A stretch of 64,000 nucleotides of DNA. Source: Candidatus Babeliales bacterium (GTDB lineage Bacteria; Babelota; Babeliae; Babelales; JACPOV01). Below, piece after piece: positions 1 to 9,824 of this stretch; within the stretch, counting starts at the first letter, position 1, and the number at the start of each line of letters is the position of its first letter. The stretch lies in contig JBFWNW010000003.1 of assembly GCA_050250855.1 (NCBI GenBank), positions 128,001 through 192,000 of the forward strand, read 5' to 3'. The notes beneath the pieces were generated by a model. That model worked only from the letters and a program-made list of their open reading frames with translations, was not told the origin of the DNA and ran no database searches. The translations under genes were made by a program, and so were the position numbers.

Positions 1-468
1 TGGCAATGCGGCACTATCCAGGTAGATTTCTTCTTGCCAGAACGCTTTAACCTGGAATATGTAGCCTCTAGTGGCAAAAAAGAACGCCCTGTTGTTGTTC
101 ATCGCGCTATTTACGGGTCTTTAGAGCGCTTCCTTGCTATTATCTTGGAACACTTTAAGGGGAAATTGCCCTTCTGGCTTGCCCCCGTTCAGGTGAAAAT
201 CCTTACCATAACGGACGATCAAAAGCCGTATGCACAAGCAGTTCTAGACTTTTTACACCAGCATAATGTTCGAGCGATCATGGATGAAAGTTCAGACCAA
301 ATTTCAGCAAAAATAAAGACTGCGCAGCTTGAATATGTGCCATGGATGGTAGTTATTGGCAAAAAAGAACAAGAAAACAATACCGTGACCATTCGTTATC
401 TTGATGGAAAGCAAGAATTTGGGCTCTCCCTTGAGGAGCTTTTGGCAAAACTTGAAAAAAATCGATAG
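1..468 (+). CDS. thrS: Threonyl-tRNA synthetase, C-terminal part (5' truncated by window edge)
   Basis: Frame 1 is open from base 1: WQCGTIQVDF..PERF, HRAIYGSLERF, FWLAPVQV, anticodon-binding domain. Confidence 0.97.
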   Translation, partial: WQCGTIQVDFFLPERFNLEYVASSGKKERPVVVHRAIYGSLERFLAIILEHFKGKLPFWLAPVQVKILTITDDQKPYAQAVLDFLHQHNVRAIMDESSDQISAKIKTAQLEYVPWMVVIGKKEQENNTVTIRYLDGKQEFGLSLEELLAKLEKNR

Positions 469-532
469 AATTTTTATCAAAATTGAGTTTTTTTGCTAAA
501 ATTTTAAAAAAAAATTATATAGCAGCAAATAT

Positions 533-576
533 GGCCCCAAATATGGGATTTAAACCTGTATTTGGGGCCCCTTTTT
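533..576 (+). terminator. Probable intrinsic terminator after thrS
   Basis: GGCCCCAAATA...TATTTGGGGCC stem followed by a T run. Confidence 0.6.
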
Positions 577-719
577 ATGTGCAAAGAATCAATAATGAGC
601 ATAATTTTTTTAAAAAAAATAAAAAATGTTGCATATTTTATTGACTTTGCAAAATTATAATCGGTATCCTGAAATTAAGTAGTAGTGAAATTTGTTCATC
701 CTTAAAAAGGAGAAAGACG

Positions 720-884
720 ATGGCAAAGAAAAGAAAGACAGCTAAAAAAGCTGTAGCAAAACGTAAAACTGCTAAGCGTAAAACTGCAAAACGTAAAGTT
801 GCTAAAAAAGCTACTAAGCGTAAAACTGCAAAACGCAAAACAGCAAAACGTAAAGTTGCTAAAAAAGCTGCTAAAAGAAAGTAA
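720..884 (+). CDS. Small Lys/Arg/Ala-rich histone H1-like (HctB/Hc2-like) protein, 54 aa; not in ORF track
   Basis: AAGGAG RBS, ATG at 720, TAA at 882-884; MAKKRKTAKKAVAKRKTAKRKTAKRKVAKKATKRKTAKRKTAKRKVAKKAAKRK; terminator follows. Confidence 0.88.
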   Translation: MAKKRKTAKKAVAKRKTAKRKTAKRKVAKKATKRKTAKRKTAKRKVAKKAAKRK

Positions 885-900
885 GCTTTTTTCACAAGCT

Positions 901-936
901 AAAAAACGCTGTGTACTCAGTATACAGCGTTTTTTT
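901..936. terminator. Bidirectional intrinsic terminator
   Basis: AAAAAACGCTGT-GTACTCAGTAT-ACAGCGTTTTTT between convergent genes. Confidence 0.8.
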
Positions 937-1615
937 ATGCTCTTTTTTTAACACCTACTCTCTGGCATTCATCGTAAATGGCGCAGCGTGAACAGGCTGG
1001 TACCACAGGAAGGCACACATTTTGCCCCCACATGACCAGTAAACGGTTCCATTCGGACCAGTATTCCTTGGGAAGTATCTTTTCTAGGGCTTTTTCTGTC
1101 TGCTCAGGCGTTTTTGTCTTTACCAAGCCTAGCCTATTAGAGATACGGTGAACATGGGTATCCACACAAATGGCAGGAATGCCATAGCTTTCAGCTAATA
1201 CCAAGCTTGCTGTTTTTGGCCCCACGCCAGGCAAAGAAAGCAGTTCTTCTCGTGTCCTTGGCACTTTACCGCCAAAATGTTCTAGGAGTTCCTCACTTAC
1301 TATTTTAAGACCGAGGGCTTTTTTGCGATAAAATCCGAGCTTATAAAGAATTTTTTCAAGATCTTTTAAAGGAATAGCAAGAATTTGCTGAGGTGTTTTT
1401 GCATGAGAAAAAAGATTCTGACAAACCGGTAAGGTCACGGTATCCTTGGCGCGTAAACTTAAAAGACAGCTTACTAAAACAAGAAAAGGATCGTTGCCAT
1501 ACTGGTCTATAATAGAAGAAACCATAGGTTTCACAAATGATTTTGTATTTTTTTTCAAAATAGCAATTATCTTAACAGCTCGCTCGCGCTGTCGCAAAAC
1601 CCATGGTTCTATCAT
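935..1615 (-). CDS. nth: Endonuclease III
   Basis: HhH motif LPGVGPKTA, VDTHVHRI, C-x6-C-x2-C-x5-C FeS cluster motif. Confidence 0.95.
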   Translation of the reverse strand: MIEPWVLRQRERAVKIIAILKKNTKSFVKPMVSSIIDQYGNDPFLVLVSCLLSLRAKDTVTLPVCQNLFSHAKTPQQILAIPLKDLEKILYKLGFYRKKALGLKIVSEELLEHFGGKVPRTREELLSLPGVGPKTASLVLAESYGIPAICVDTHVHRISNRLGLVKTKTPEQTEKALEKILPKEYWSEWNRLLVMWGQNVCLPVVPACSRCAIYDECQRVGVKKRA

Positions 1616-1842
1616 ATACTCATTACTAACATTAGCTCCAGTTTGAAGAAAGAACTAATTTATGCTAAGATTTTAAATATTAGCATGCAGGAGGAAATTC
1701 GGCTGCAATAAGTATAACAACCAAAATAACCTTACTTAATTTTTTGAAAAAATTAATGTTCATAAACAGCCTCCTTGTAAGGATGAAGTAAAATTAACCT
1801 GAAATAAGTATACCGATACACCAATTTAAATTCAAGAGAATA

Positions 1843-4566
1843 ATGCTTAATGTATTAGATTTTTTTCAAAATATCATAAATGGACTGCCACTCTTATTTA
1901 TTGTTCAATCAGTTTCTCTTTTTTTAAAAACTAGTCTTTTATTGATTGTTATTTTTAATGGATTACGATCACCAAAATTACAAAGGCCTTGGTTCTTTTT
2001 GCTAATTATTTTAATTGGTTCTATTTTTTCTAGTATCGCATGGATAGCTTCTATTGCTCAAAAAAAATTTCTAACTTCTGTCGATTACAGATTTATTCTT
2101 TTTATAATTCGTATATCTTGGGCCATAACCATGCTTCAGTATCAATCTCTTGCATTTTTTATGGAAAGTTTAATAGAAAAAGACTATACAATACCCAAAT
2201 ATCAAAAATTATTTACCCTGATTAGTCTTTCAATGTTTTCTATGTACTTATATTTAGCTTTCTTTAAATTTAGTTCTTCAACAATTAGACCTCCTATAGA
2301 ATATACTTTGCTTAATATAAGTTCAGCTTATGCCCTTATTCCTGTAATAATAAGCTTATTCATAGCTCTAAAAAAAATGCGCCAAAAAGGCAGGAACTTA
2401 CCTAAAATTTTAAAAAAACAGGCAAAAGTACTTATTCAAGGTTTTTTAGCGCCCACATTAATCCTTGATTTTCTACAGGTTTATCCTTTTAACTTCGTCC
2501 CGTCACTCATAGCAAGTAACTACGCTGTTGTAACCGTCTCAACTGGCCTTTTAACGTTTGCTTTCTATTTTTGTGCGCGTAAAATGATGGGATTACGCTT
2601 CTTGAATTTTAATAATCACGTACAATCGCCAAAAACTTATAATTTTATAGACGATTTTAAAGATGTTCTTGAACAACTTGGTCATGTAAGCAGTACAAAA
2701 GAGCTCAGCCACATTAGCCAGGCCTTTTTTAAAGGCGCGTTTAACATTCAACCAAGCAGAGTTAGCTTGTATATCAGAAAGCTTCAAGCTACAGAAAATG
2801 ATCAGACATCTGAAAGCGAACAGCTACCAAGTTCTTCAATAGAAACTGTTGTAGAAGCATTTATCAGCAGGCATGAATCGTGCAACATTGCTCCCTTCTT
2901 GCGCCAAACAAAAATTTTAATTACTGATGAGATAGCATTTAGTAATTTTTATGATGAAACAAGCATAACAAAAGAAGTTTTACAGTTTTTATATGATATT
3001 AATGCGGATATCTTTTTACCTATTTATGAAAAAAATACTATCATCGCTTATATTCTTATAGAGCGTGATGCACGCATTAATGAATTTTACAGTAATCTAG
3101 AGCGTGATGAAATGGTGGTATTTGCAAGTTACCTTGCCAATATTATTAACCTTCTCCAGAATAAAAATGTTCACATCATTATTCAAAAAGATAAAGAACT
3201 GCGCGAAGAGCTGTATCGTAAACATCAAGAAATTAATCAGTATAAAGAAAGTATACGCTCCTTTTTACATGATTCCAAGCAGCGCCAGATTGGTATTTTA
3301 TTTTATAAAAATCGCCGTTTCCATTACGGCAATCAAGCAGCTAAAGAGCTTATAAAAATAAATCTTCACACGCAAGAAGGACATCCTCTTTCTAAATCGT
3401 TGTATCAACTTGCGCATCAAGTGGACGACTATAAAGTAAGCCAAACTCATTTTGCAAAAGATATCCACGGCAATCGCTTGGTTATTGCTGGTATTCCTAA
3501 TCTTGAAAAAAATAACGTTATTATTGCCGTCTACTATCCTGAAGTTTCTGACATTATAAAAAATCAAATTGAACATTTAAAAGATCCGAGCGAGTGGGAC
3601 TATTTGCTTTACCTAGAAACAACACAATCTGGCAAACTTATCAAACAACTTATTCCCGGCTCTGGCGAACAACTTCTTAACTTTAAAATTGAACTTTTAA
3701 AAACTTCATTAAGCAAAAAAGCCCTGCTGCTTGAAGTTCCTGATGAAGATTTTTCATCTATCGTTGAACTTTTACATCACATAAGTTTGCGCGAAAAATT
3801 GCACACCCTCAAATTATCGTCTCATGAAAAAAACTTTGAAACGGCCATTAAACTCTTTGGCATTAATAGCATTTATGGCATCAATCAAGAGCAAGCAATT
3901 CTTGAAAAATTGAATAATATTGGCACACTCTGCATACAAAATATTCATTTCCTTGATCTTGAAACGCAGCACTACTTGGCAGAATTCATTCGTTATGGTT
4001 TTTACAGAGTGTTTAAAAGTGATCAAAAAGTTATTAGTAATGTACGCATTATTTGTTCAACAAACCAAAACTTGCAAACGTTGGTACAAGAAGGTAAGTT
4101 TTCTCGCGCTTTATATAATGAGCTGAATCAAACAACCCTTGCAATGCCACCACTTATTTCATTGCCAAAAGAAGAATTAAGCAATTTGGCAGAAGGTTAC
4201 ACGGAACAGGCAGTCCAAAGCCAAGCATTTACTAATTTACTGGCTTTAACAGAAAAAGAAAAAACAAGACTCATTAATTCATGCCCGGTCAGTTTGCAAG
4301 AGTTTAAAACAAAAGTACAACAAATGCTGGTTAAAAAATCGCAGAAAAATAATATTTATGAAGAAACTCTGTTTGATCCTGCATATAATGTAACTGATCC
4401 AGAATTAGTACAAGCAGCGCGCTTAGGCAAAAAGGCACTTAAAGATCCAAAAACTTTAGCTCTTTTAATGGATAAATTTAAAAATCAAAACAAAATTGCA
4501 AAATTCTTGGGTGTTAATCGTTCTTCTGTTAACCGCCGTTGTAAAGATTATAATATTAGTGAATAA
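1843..4566 (+). CDS. Multi-TM sensor fused to a degenerate sigma54-interaction AAA+ domain and Fis-type HTH
   Basis: About 7 hydrophobic helices in the first 250 aa; NVRIICSTNQNL..LVQEGKF..LY resembles the bEBP core; C-terminal NQNKIAKFLGVNRSSV HTH. Confidence 0.8.
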   Translation: MLNVLDFFQNIINGLPLLFIVQSVSLFLKTSLLLIVIFNGLRSPKLQRPWFFLLIILIGSIFSSIAWIASIAQKKFLTSVDYRFILFIIRISWAITMLQYQSLAFFMESLIEKDYTIPKYQKLFTLISLSMFSMYLYLAFFKFSSSTIRPPIEYTLLNISSAYALIPVIISLFIALKKMRQKGRNLPKILKKQAKVLIQGFLAPTLILDFLQVYPFNFVPSLIASNYAVVTVSTGLLTFAFYFCARKMMGLRFLNFNNHVQSPKTYNFIDDFKDVLEQLGHVSSTKELSHISQAFFKGAFNIQPSRVSLYIRKLQATENDQTSESEQLPSSSIETVVEAFISRHESCNIAPFLRQTKILITDEIAFSNFYDETSITKEVLQFLYDINADIFLPIYEKNTIIAYILIERDARINEFYSNLERDEMVVFASYLANIINLLQNKNVHIIIQKDKELREELYRKHQEINQYKESIRSFLHDSKQRQIGILFYKNRRFHYGNQAAKELIKINLHTQEGHPLSKSLYQLAHQVDDYKVSQTHFAKDIHGNRLVIAGIPNLEKNNVIIAVYYPEVSDIIKNQIEHLKDPSEWDYLLYLETTQSGKLIKQLIPGSGEQLLNFKIELLKTSLSKKALLLEVPDEDFSSIVELLHHISLREKLHTLKLSSHEKNFETAIKLFGINSIYGINQEQAILEKLNNIGTLCIQNIHFLDLETQHYLAEFIRYGFYRVFKSDQKVISNVRIICSTNQNLQTLVQEGKFSRALYNELNQTTLAMPPLISLPKEELSNLAEGYTEQAVQSQAFTNLLALTEKEKTRLINSCPVSLQEFKTKVQQMLVKKSQKNNIYEETLFDPAYNVTDPELVQAARLGKKALKDPKTLALLMDKFKNQNKIAKFLGVNRSSVNRRCKDYNISE

Positions 4567-4591
4567 ATTTTAATAACAAAAGGAGAACACA

Positions 4592-5260
4592 ATGTTTTTT
4601 TATATTTATTCGGCCATAGCCTGTTTACAATCTATACTTTCCTTTACGGTTTATAGAAATATGCTCAATGCACCTACAAAAAAATTATGGATCTTTCTTT
4701 CGGTTATAGCTACAGCAAACCTTCTTACTTCTACTGCCTACGCTATTCTCTTTCTAGAAACAGTTCCTCATCACCTTAAAATGCCCTTTTTTATGTTCTG
4801 CTGGGGAGTAACAATGCTTTCTTTACAATCTTTCATATTTCTGCTCGAATACATAACAAAAATACCTAACAAGCTACCTAAAATATTTTTGCCTCTTAAT
4901 GTAATGCTCAGCTTATATTTTTTTTATATAGCATTTACCAATAACTACCCTGCTCATAAAGATACTTTTTTCTTAATTGTAGGTCTTTACTTACCAAGCT
5001 CTGTTATGTTCTGGACTATTTATGGCATTAAAAGAATAGCCCTAAATAGTTATACCTCTTCACTCAAAAGAAAAATTACACATATGTTACTTTATGGAGC
5101 TTTACCTGCAGCATCTCTAGAATTCTTAATACTATTAATAAAACATATACATGTTAATAGTTTTTTATTAATAGTTATCTATGCTCTTATTAGCATTGAA
5201 CTGCTTTTTTGGGCATATACTATCTTCCTACTGCAATCAATAATAAAAGAGATTTCATAA
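4592..5260 (+). CDS. Integral membrane protein paralogous to the N-terminal TM domain of the upstream regulator
   Basis: AGGAG RBS; CWGVTMLSLQSFIFLLE aligns with SWAITMLQYQSLAFFME of the upstream gene. Confidence 0.7.
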   Translation: MFFYIYSAIACLQSILSFTVYRNMLNAPTKKLWIFLSVIATANLLTSTAYAILFLETVPHHLKMPFFMFCWGVTMLSLQSFIFLLEYITKIPNKLPKIFLPLNVMLSLYFFYIAFTNNYPAHKDTFFLIVGLYLPSSVMFWTIYGIKRIALNSYTSSLKRKITHMLLYGALPAASLEFLILLIKHIHVNSFLLIVIYALISIELLFWAYTIFLLQSIIKEIS

Positions 5261-5343
5261 ATAAATTTCATGATTAAAAAAGATAAATTCTTGAAAAAAA
5301 CCTCCTCTTGCCTTACTTTAAAAGCACACATAAGAGGAGAATT

Positions 5344-6273
5344 ATGGATTTCAAACAGTTCAAACAAAAAAAAGAAGAATTTATCACGTACCTTGATGTA
5401 GAAAAAAATCTTTCCATTAATACGCGCAGAGCATACAAAACAGATCTTGATCAATTTATTACGTTTTGGTTTGAGCATACCAATAGAAATAAGATCGAAC
5501 TTCCTTTACGCCAAATTATCGAGCGCTTCTTAGTTGCCTTGTATGCAAAAAAAATTGATAAAACATCTATTGCGCGCAAAATATCATGCTTTACTTCGTT
5601 TGCACGCTTTATGCAAGCACAAGGAGTTAAATTAACGCTCAAATTAACACGCCCGCGCCTTGATAAAAAGTTACCTATCTATTTGAGCATGGATGAAGTT
5701 TCTTATTTGCTTGATACTATAAAACCAGACGATCTTCCAAGCAAACGCCCATTCCGCGACAAAGCAATTTTTGAATTACTCTATGCAACCGGCATTCGTT
5801 GCTCAGAGCTTGTTGCCATAACGTTTGAACAAATAGATTTTATCAGTAGAACTATTAGAATTATTGGTAAGGGAAATAAAGAGCGTTTTGTGCTGTTTGG
5901 TTCAAAAGCAGAAGAATCACTAAAAAACTACCTAAAAGAAGAACGTCCTGAGCCAGATGATCGCCAAGCAAAACTGTTTTTAAATAATCGTAGCGAGCCT
6001 CTTACCGTGCGTTCTGTGCAGCGTATTTGTGAAATGTTTCGCCAGTTTTTAAAAATACGTAAAAAAATAACACCGCACAAATTGCGCCATTCGTTTGCTA
6101 CACACCTTTTAAATCAAGGGACTGATCTGCGTGTTGTGCAAGAATTGTTAGGACACAGCTCATTAAGTAGTACAGAAAAATATACGCATGTAACTACCAA
6201 ACAGTTAAGTGATATGTGCAACAGTTTGCATCCCTACAACACCATGAATACCAAGAAAGAAAATGATTCTTAA
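5344..6273 (+). CDS. xerC: Tyrosine recombinase XerC/XerD
   Basis: LYATGIRCSEL, GKGNKER, HKLRHSFATHLL, LLGHSSLSSTEKY; start taken at ATG 5344 after GAGGAG. Confidence 0.88.
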   Translation: MDFKQFKQKKEEFITYLDVEKNLSINTRRAYKTDLDQFITFWFEHTNRNKIELPLRQIIERFLVALYAKKIDKTSIARKISCFTSFARFMQAQGVKLTLKLTRPRLDKKLPIYLSMDEVSYLLDTIKPDDLPSKRPFRDKAIFELLYATGIRCSELVAITFEQIDFISRTIRIIGKGNKERFVLFGSKAEESLKNYLKEERPEPDDRQAKLFLNNRSEPLTVRSVQRICEMFRQFLKIRKKITPHKLRHSFATHLLNQGTDLRVVQELLGHSSLSSTEKYTHVTTKQLSDMCNSLHPYNTMNTKKENDS

Positions 6274-7979
6274 TGAATAGTATTGGTCATGCACAGCGCT
6301 GTATACATGTTATGGCAGTAATGGGGTTTGTTTTTTGTATTTTTGTAATGCGTCTTTTTTATTTGCAGCTTTATTTACAGGATATATTTTTCAAAAAGGC
6401 ACAAAAAAATTTCACCCGTACTTCCACCATTCCACCGCAACGAGGAAATATTCTCGATTGCCACGGCACCTTGCTTGCCACTAATCGCCCTATTACCATG
6501 CTCTATTGGCACGGCAGTGGCAATCGCCAGCTGAGTGCTGAGCAAACTGCTCTTCTTGCACACCTTTCCACCATTCTTAATAAAGATATGCAAGAAACAG
6601 AATTTCTTACGCGCTTGAAATATGCAGAACGCATGGCACGAGAAATAATGATTATACATGACATCCCTCTTGAGCTGCTGAGCAAAGTGATGGAGAAATT
6701 CCCCAATCATCCTAATTTAAGCGTACGGGAAGAAACAAAGCGCCTTTACCCGCACCACACTATTGCATGCCATACGCTTGGCTATATTGGCTCCATGCAA
6801 GAATCTGGCAAAATGGGCCTTGAATATTTATTTGAAACCAATTTACGAGGACAAGAAGGCCAGCGTATGACCATGATCAATTCTCTTGGCTCAAGCTTGC
6901 GCCAAGAAGAGCTATCAAAAGCTTTTTCTGGAGAAAACATTCAAACAACACTCGATCTTAATTTACAAAAAATTGCAGAACGTTGTTTTGATAAAAATCT
7001 TTCTGGGGCCTTCATTTTAATAGACCCACTTTCTGGTGCTCTCAAGGCAATGTTTTCTCGCCCAACGTTTGACCCTAATATATTCTTAGAACCACTTGAT
7101 CAAGAAACTTGGAATAGTCTTCAATCAAAGCGCCCTTTTTTAAATCGGTGCTTTAATGCAACCTATCCGCCGGCATCATTATTTAAAGTTGTCACCATGA
7201 GTGCTGCCTTAGAGCTTGATATTATTAATCATGATACAACGTCACTATGCTCTGGCTACATAGAATTTGGTGGGCGCCGCTACCATTGCAATAAGCGTGC
7301 TGGCCATGGTGAACTTTCTATAACAGAATGGATTGCAAAATCATGCAACATTCCTTTTTATGAAATTGGTAAACGTATTTCTATAGATCAACTTGCTGAT
7401 TATGCCTTTAGATTTGGCCTTGGCCAAAAAACAGATGTTGTATTTGGTGAACAATCTGGGCTCGTGCCAACATCAGTATGGAAACAAGAAACAAAGGGTG
7501 AGCGCTGGTGGCCGGGAGAAACACTTTCTGCAACAATCGGCCAAAGTTATTTTTTGGCAACGCCGATTCAAGTTGCCCGCATGATTGGTAGCATTTTTAC
7601 GGGGTACTTAGCAAAACCGCGCATACTTATGAACGAACCAATTATGCGTACCGATCTTGCTATGAAACCGGAAACACGAAAAGTTCTTAAAAAATCATTA
7701 AAATCTGTTGTTACCCAAGGTACCGGAAGTTATGTCAGTACGGTACAAGATATAAAAATTTATGCAAAAACAGGAACGGCACAAATTTCTAGCCTTGCCA
7801 AACGCTGGCGCGATGCACAATATAAAGAACATGCTTGGTTTGTCAGTTACTTTACCTATAAAGATGAAGATCCACTCGTTCTAGTACTACTCGTTGAACA
7901 TGCGGGAACATCGCGCGCCGCTACTTCTATTGCAAAGCGCTTTTTGATGAATTATAGAAGTTATAAAGAAAAGGCGTAG
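6273..7979 (+). CDS. mrdA: Penicillin-binding protein 2 (class B transpeptidase)
   Basis: N-terminal TM, RGNILD, SxxK (SLFK), SxN (SCN), KTGT. Confidence 0.88.
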   Translation: MNSIGHAQRCIHVMAVMGFVFCIFVMRLFYLQLYLQDIFFKKAQKNFTRTSTIPPQRGNILDCHGTLLATNRPITMLYWHGSGNRQLSAEQTALLAHLSTILNKDMQETEFLTRLKYAERMAREIMIIHDIPLELLSKVMEKFPNHPNLSVREETKRLYPHHTIACHTLGYIGSMQESGKMGLEYLFETNLRGQEGQRMTMINSLGSSLRQEELSKAFSGENIQTTLDLNLQKIAERCFDKNLSGAFILIDPLSGALKAMFSRPTFDPNIFLEPLDQETWNSLQSKRPFLNRCFNATYPPASLFKVVTMSAALELDIINHDTTSLCSGYIEFGGRRYHCNKRAGHGELSITEWIAKSCNIPFYEIGKRISIDQLADYAFRFGLGQKTDVVFGEQSGLVPTSVWKQETKGERWWPGETLSATIGQSYFLATPIQVARMIGSIFTGYLAKPRILMNEPIMRTDLAMKPETRKVLKKSLKSVVTQGTGSYVSTVQDIKIYAKTGTAQISSLAKRWRDAQYKEHAWFVSYFTYKDEDPLVLVLLVEHAGTSRAATSIAKRFLMNYRSYKEKA

Positions 7980-7980
7980 C

Positions 7981-8853
7981 TTATTTATAAACAACTCTTT
8001 TCTGCATAATAAGCACAAAAAGCTCTAACGCCGCAATAGTTCTTTTGCAAACATTTATATCTATATCATAATCACGAGTATCTTTTTTAGGTTTTTGCTT
8101 TAAATCTTTATACTTATTCTTGTACTTTTTTTGCTCTTTTATTTCTTTTTCTACCAACTCTAAGGCGCTTAATCCTCTTTGATTTTTCTGGTCAGGAGAT
8201 ATACCTAGTTCATGTAATCTGTGTGCACGAAATACAAATCTTTCTGTTGGACAATAATTTACACTAATAGATATCAAACTATGCCAAAGGTTATCCCCAT
8301 TAGCCAAGCACTTAGGTTTTAAACCCTTTTCAAGATAATAGCCAAAAAGTGCATTGTCTGCAGTATGATAACATATTGATTCATGAAGAAGATCCATGCC
8401 GCTAGTAACTCCAGTGCCTTCATTAATAACATCCAATTTTGCGCCCTTTGAGACTAAAAGTTCTGCCATTTCTGGTGTTTTTGCAAAAAATATAGGCTTA
8501 CTTGAATGAATTCTTTTGATTTCATAATTTGGATTTGCATTTTTTTCCAATAAAAATCTTGCAAATTCAATATCATTATTTTCTATGGCATGAGTTAAGG
8601 GAGTATGATGTCCTGAAAAAAAATCTTCTACATCTACTGTTGTAAGATTATGAGTTTCAATTATTTCTTGTATAGTTCTTTTAGCTTCTTCTCTTGCTCT
8701 TAAATTTTTTGAAGATAAATTAGACATATTTTCTCGTATTTGCTCTTCAGGAGATAATTTTTGCATCCCAAAAGTATGGTTAGGAAAATCCATGCTATAA
8801 AGAGAACAATTTAATACCATGAATCCTGCAAAAAACATTATATTCTTTTTCAT
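7981..8853 (-). CDS. Secreted ankyrin-repeat protein
   Basis: Signal peptide; TPLTHAIENNDIEFARFLLEKNANPN. Confidence 0.8.
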   Translation of the reverse strand: MKKNIMFFAGFMVLNCSLYSMDFPNHTFGMQKLSPEEQIRENMSNLSSKNLRAREEAKRTIQEIIETHNLTTVDVEDFFSGHHTPLTHAIENNDIEFARFLLEKNANPNYEIKRIHSSKPIFFAKTPEMAELLVSKGAKLDVINEGTGVTSGMDLLHESICYHTADNALFGYYLEKGLKPKCLANGDNLWHSLISISVNYCPTERFVFRAHRLHELGISPDQKNQRGLSALELVEKEIKEQKKYKNKYKDLKQKPKKDTRDYDIDINVCKRTIAALELFVLIMQKRVVYK

Positions 8854-8984
8854 ATAAAATCCCTTGTACCATTAAAAAAACCTAATACTTACAATATTTC
8901 TTTAAGCCTATTGCATGCAATAGTATACAAAAATTTCCCTCGCAGCAAGCATTTAAGTAATATCAGACAAAATATTTAAAAAAT

Positions 8985-9022
8985 TTATTGATTTTCGATA
9001 AAAATTTATTATAATTCAATAT
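8985..9022 (+). promoter_or_regulatory. Promoter region with two imperfect palindromes, a possible operator for the downstream HTH regulator
   Basis: TTATTGATTTTCGATAA and TATTATAATTCAATA overlap TTGATT...TATAAT. Confidence 0.45.
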
Positions 9023-9055
9023 GCATGTTTAAATTTTTTACCTAAAAGGAACATC

Positions 9056-9589
9056 ATGAAAAAACTTATTTCATGGACCTATAATTTCACGCTCTTTATT
9101 TTCATTCCTCTTGCTCTTCTCTATCCCCTTTTATTATTTACTCATCACACGCAAATTTTTATTCATTACACGCAAATGTTTGATATTCCTCAACCAGTCT
9201 ATGATATAAGCTCTCTTCCACTTTTAGGAAAACTATTATTTTTTTGTCTTGAAAGCATTTCCGCTATCTGTTTACTTTTTGTATTGTGGTATTTCTTGCA
9301 AATATTAAAAAACAGCATGAAAACAGGATATTTCTTTTCCTTCCAAACAATTACCATGCTTAAAAAAATTAATAGAGTTGGCATTCTTTGGACAGTCTAT
9401 AGTCTTTTTTTTGATACTTTTGCAAGCGTTCTTATTTCTTTCTTTAAACCTGCTGGATTCCGCTACATATCTTTTTCCATCAATGCATACGATATTATAC
9501 ATCTTTTTGGCATCTTGCTTATTATGGTACTTATACATATTATACAAGAAGGCTGTTCTATAAAATCTGAACAGGATCTGGTGGTATAA
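9056..9589 (+). CDS. DUF2975-family membrane protein
   Basis: 4 TM helices, FFS..TI..LK.I, C-terminal G..IKSEQDLVV; coupled to an HTH gene. Confidence 0.85.
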   Translation: MKKLISWTYNFTLFIFIPLALLYPLLLFTHHTQIFIHYTQMFDIPQPVYDISSLPLLGKLLFFCLESISAICLLFVLWYFLQILKNSMKTGYFFSFQTITMLKKINRVGILWTVYSLFFDTFASVLISFFKPAGFRYISFSINAYDIIHLFGILLIMVLIHIIQEGCSIKSEQDLVV

Positions 9590-9795
9590 TGGAAATTAGA
9601 GTAAAGCTTGATGAAATGATGGCAAAGCGTAAAATACGCTTGCATGAATTAGCAGAAAAAGTTAACATTACCGAAGCTAATCTTTCCATTTTAAAAAATG
9701 AAAAGGCTAAAGCTATTCGTTTCTCTACCTTAATAGCATTGTGCCAGGCACTTAACTGTCAACCTGGTGATTTATTCGAATTTACCAACAAATAA
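9589..9795 (+). CDS. Cro/C1-type HTH regulator (YozG-like)
   Basis: ANLSILKNEKAKAIRFSTLIALCQALNCQPGDLF. Confidence 0.92.
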   Translation: MEIRVKLDEMMAKRKIRLHELAEKVNITEANLSILKNEKAKAIRFSTLIALCQALNCQPGDLFEFTNK

Positions 9796-9824
9796 CCCTC
9801 ATAATAAACGAATAATTTATATTC

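Noticed and set aside
720..884. Short tandem DNA repeats as a possible CRISPR or VNTR
   Set aside because: They are 15-bp coding repeats with synonymous variation and no spacers
638..895. 85-aa minus-strand ORF with repeated LRFAV units
   Set aside because: Antisense shadow of the + strand histone-like gene, which has the RBS and terminator
5344..6273. Tyrosine recombinase as a phage or island integrase
   Set aside because: Xer-type motifs, translationally coupled to mrdA, and no att sites or phage genes nearby
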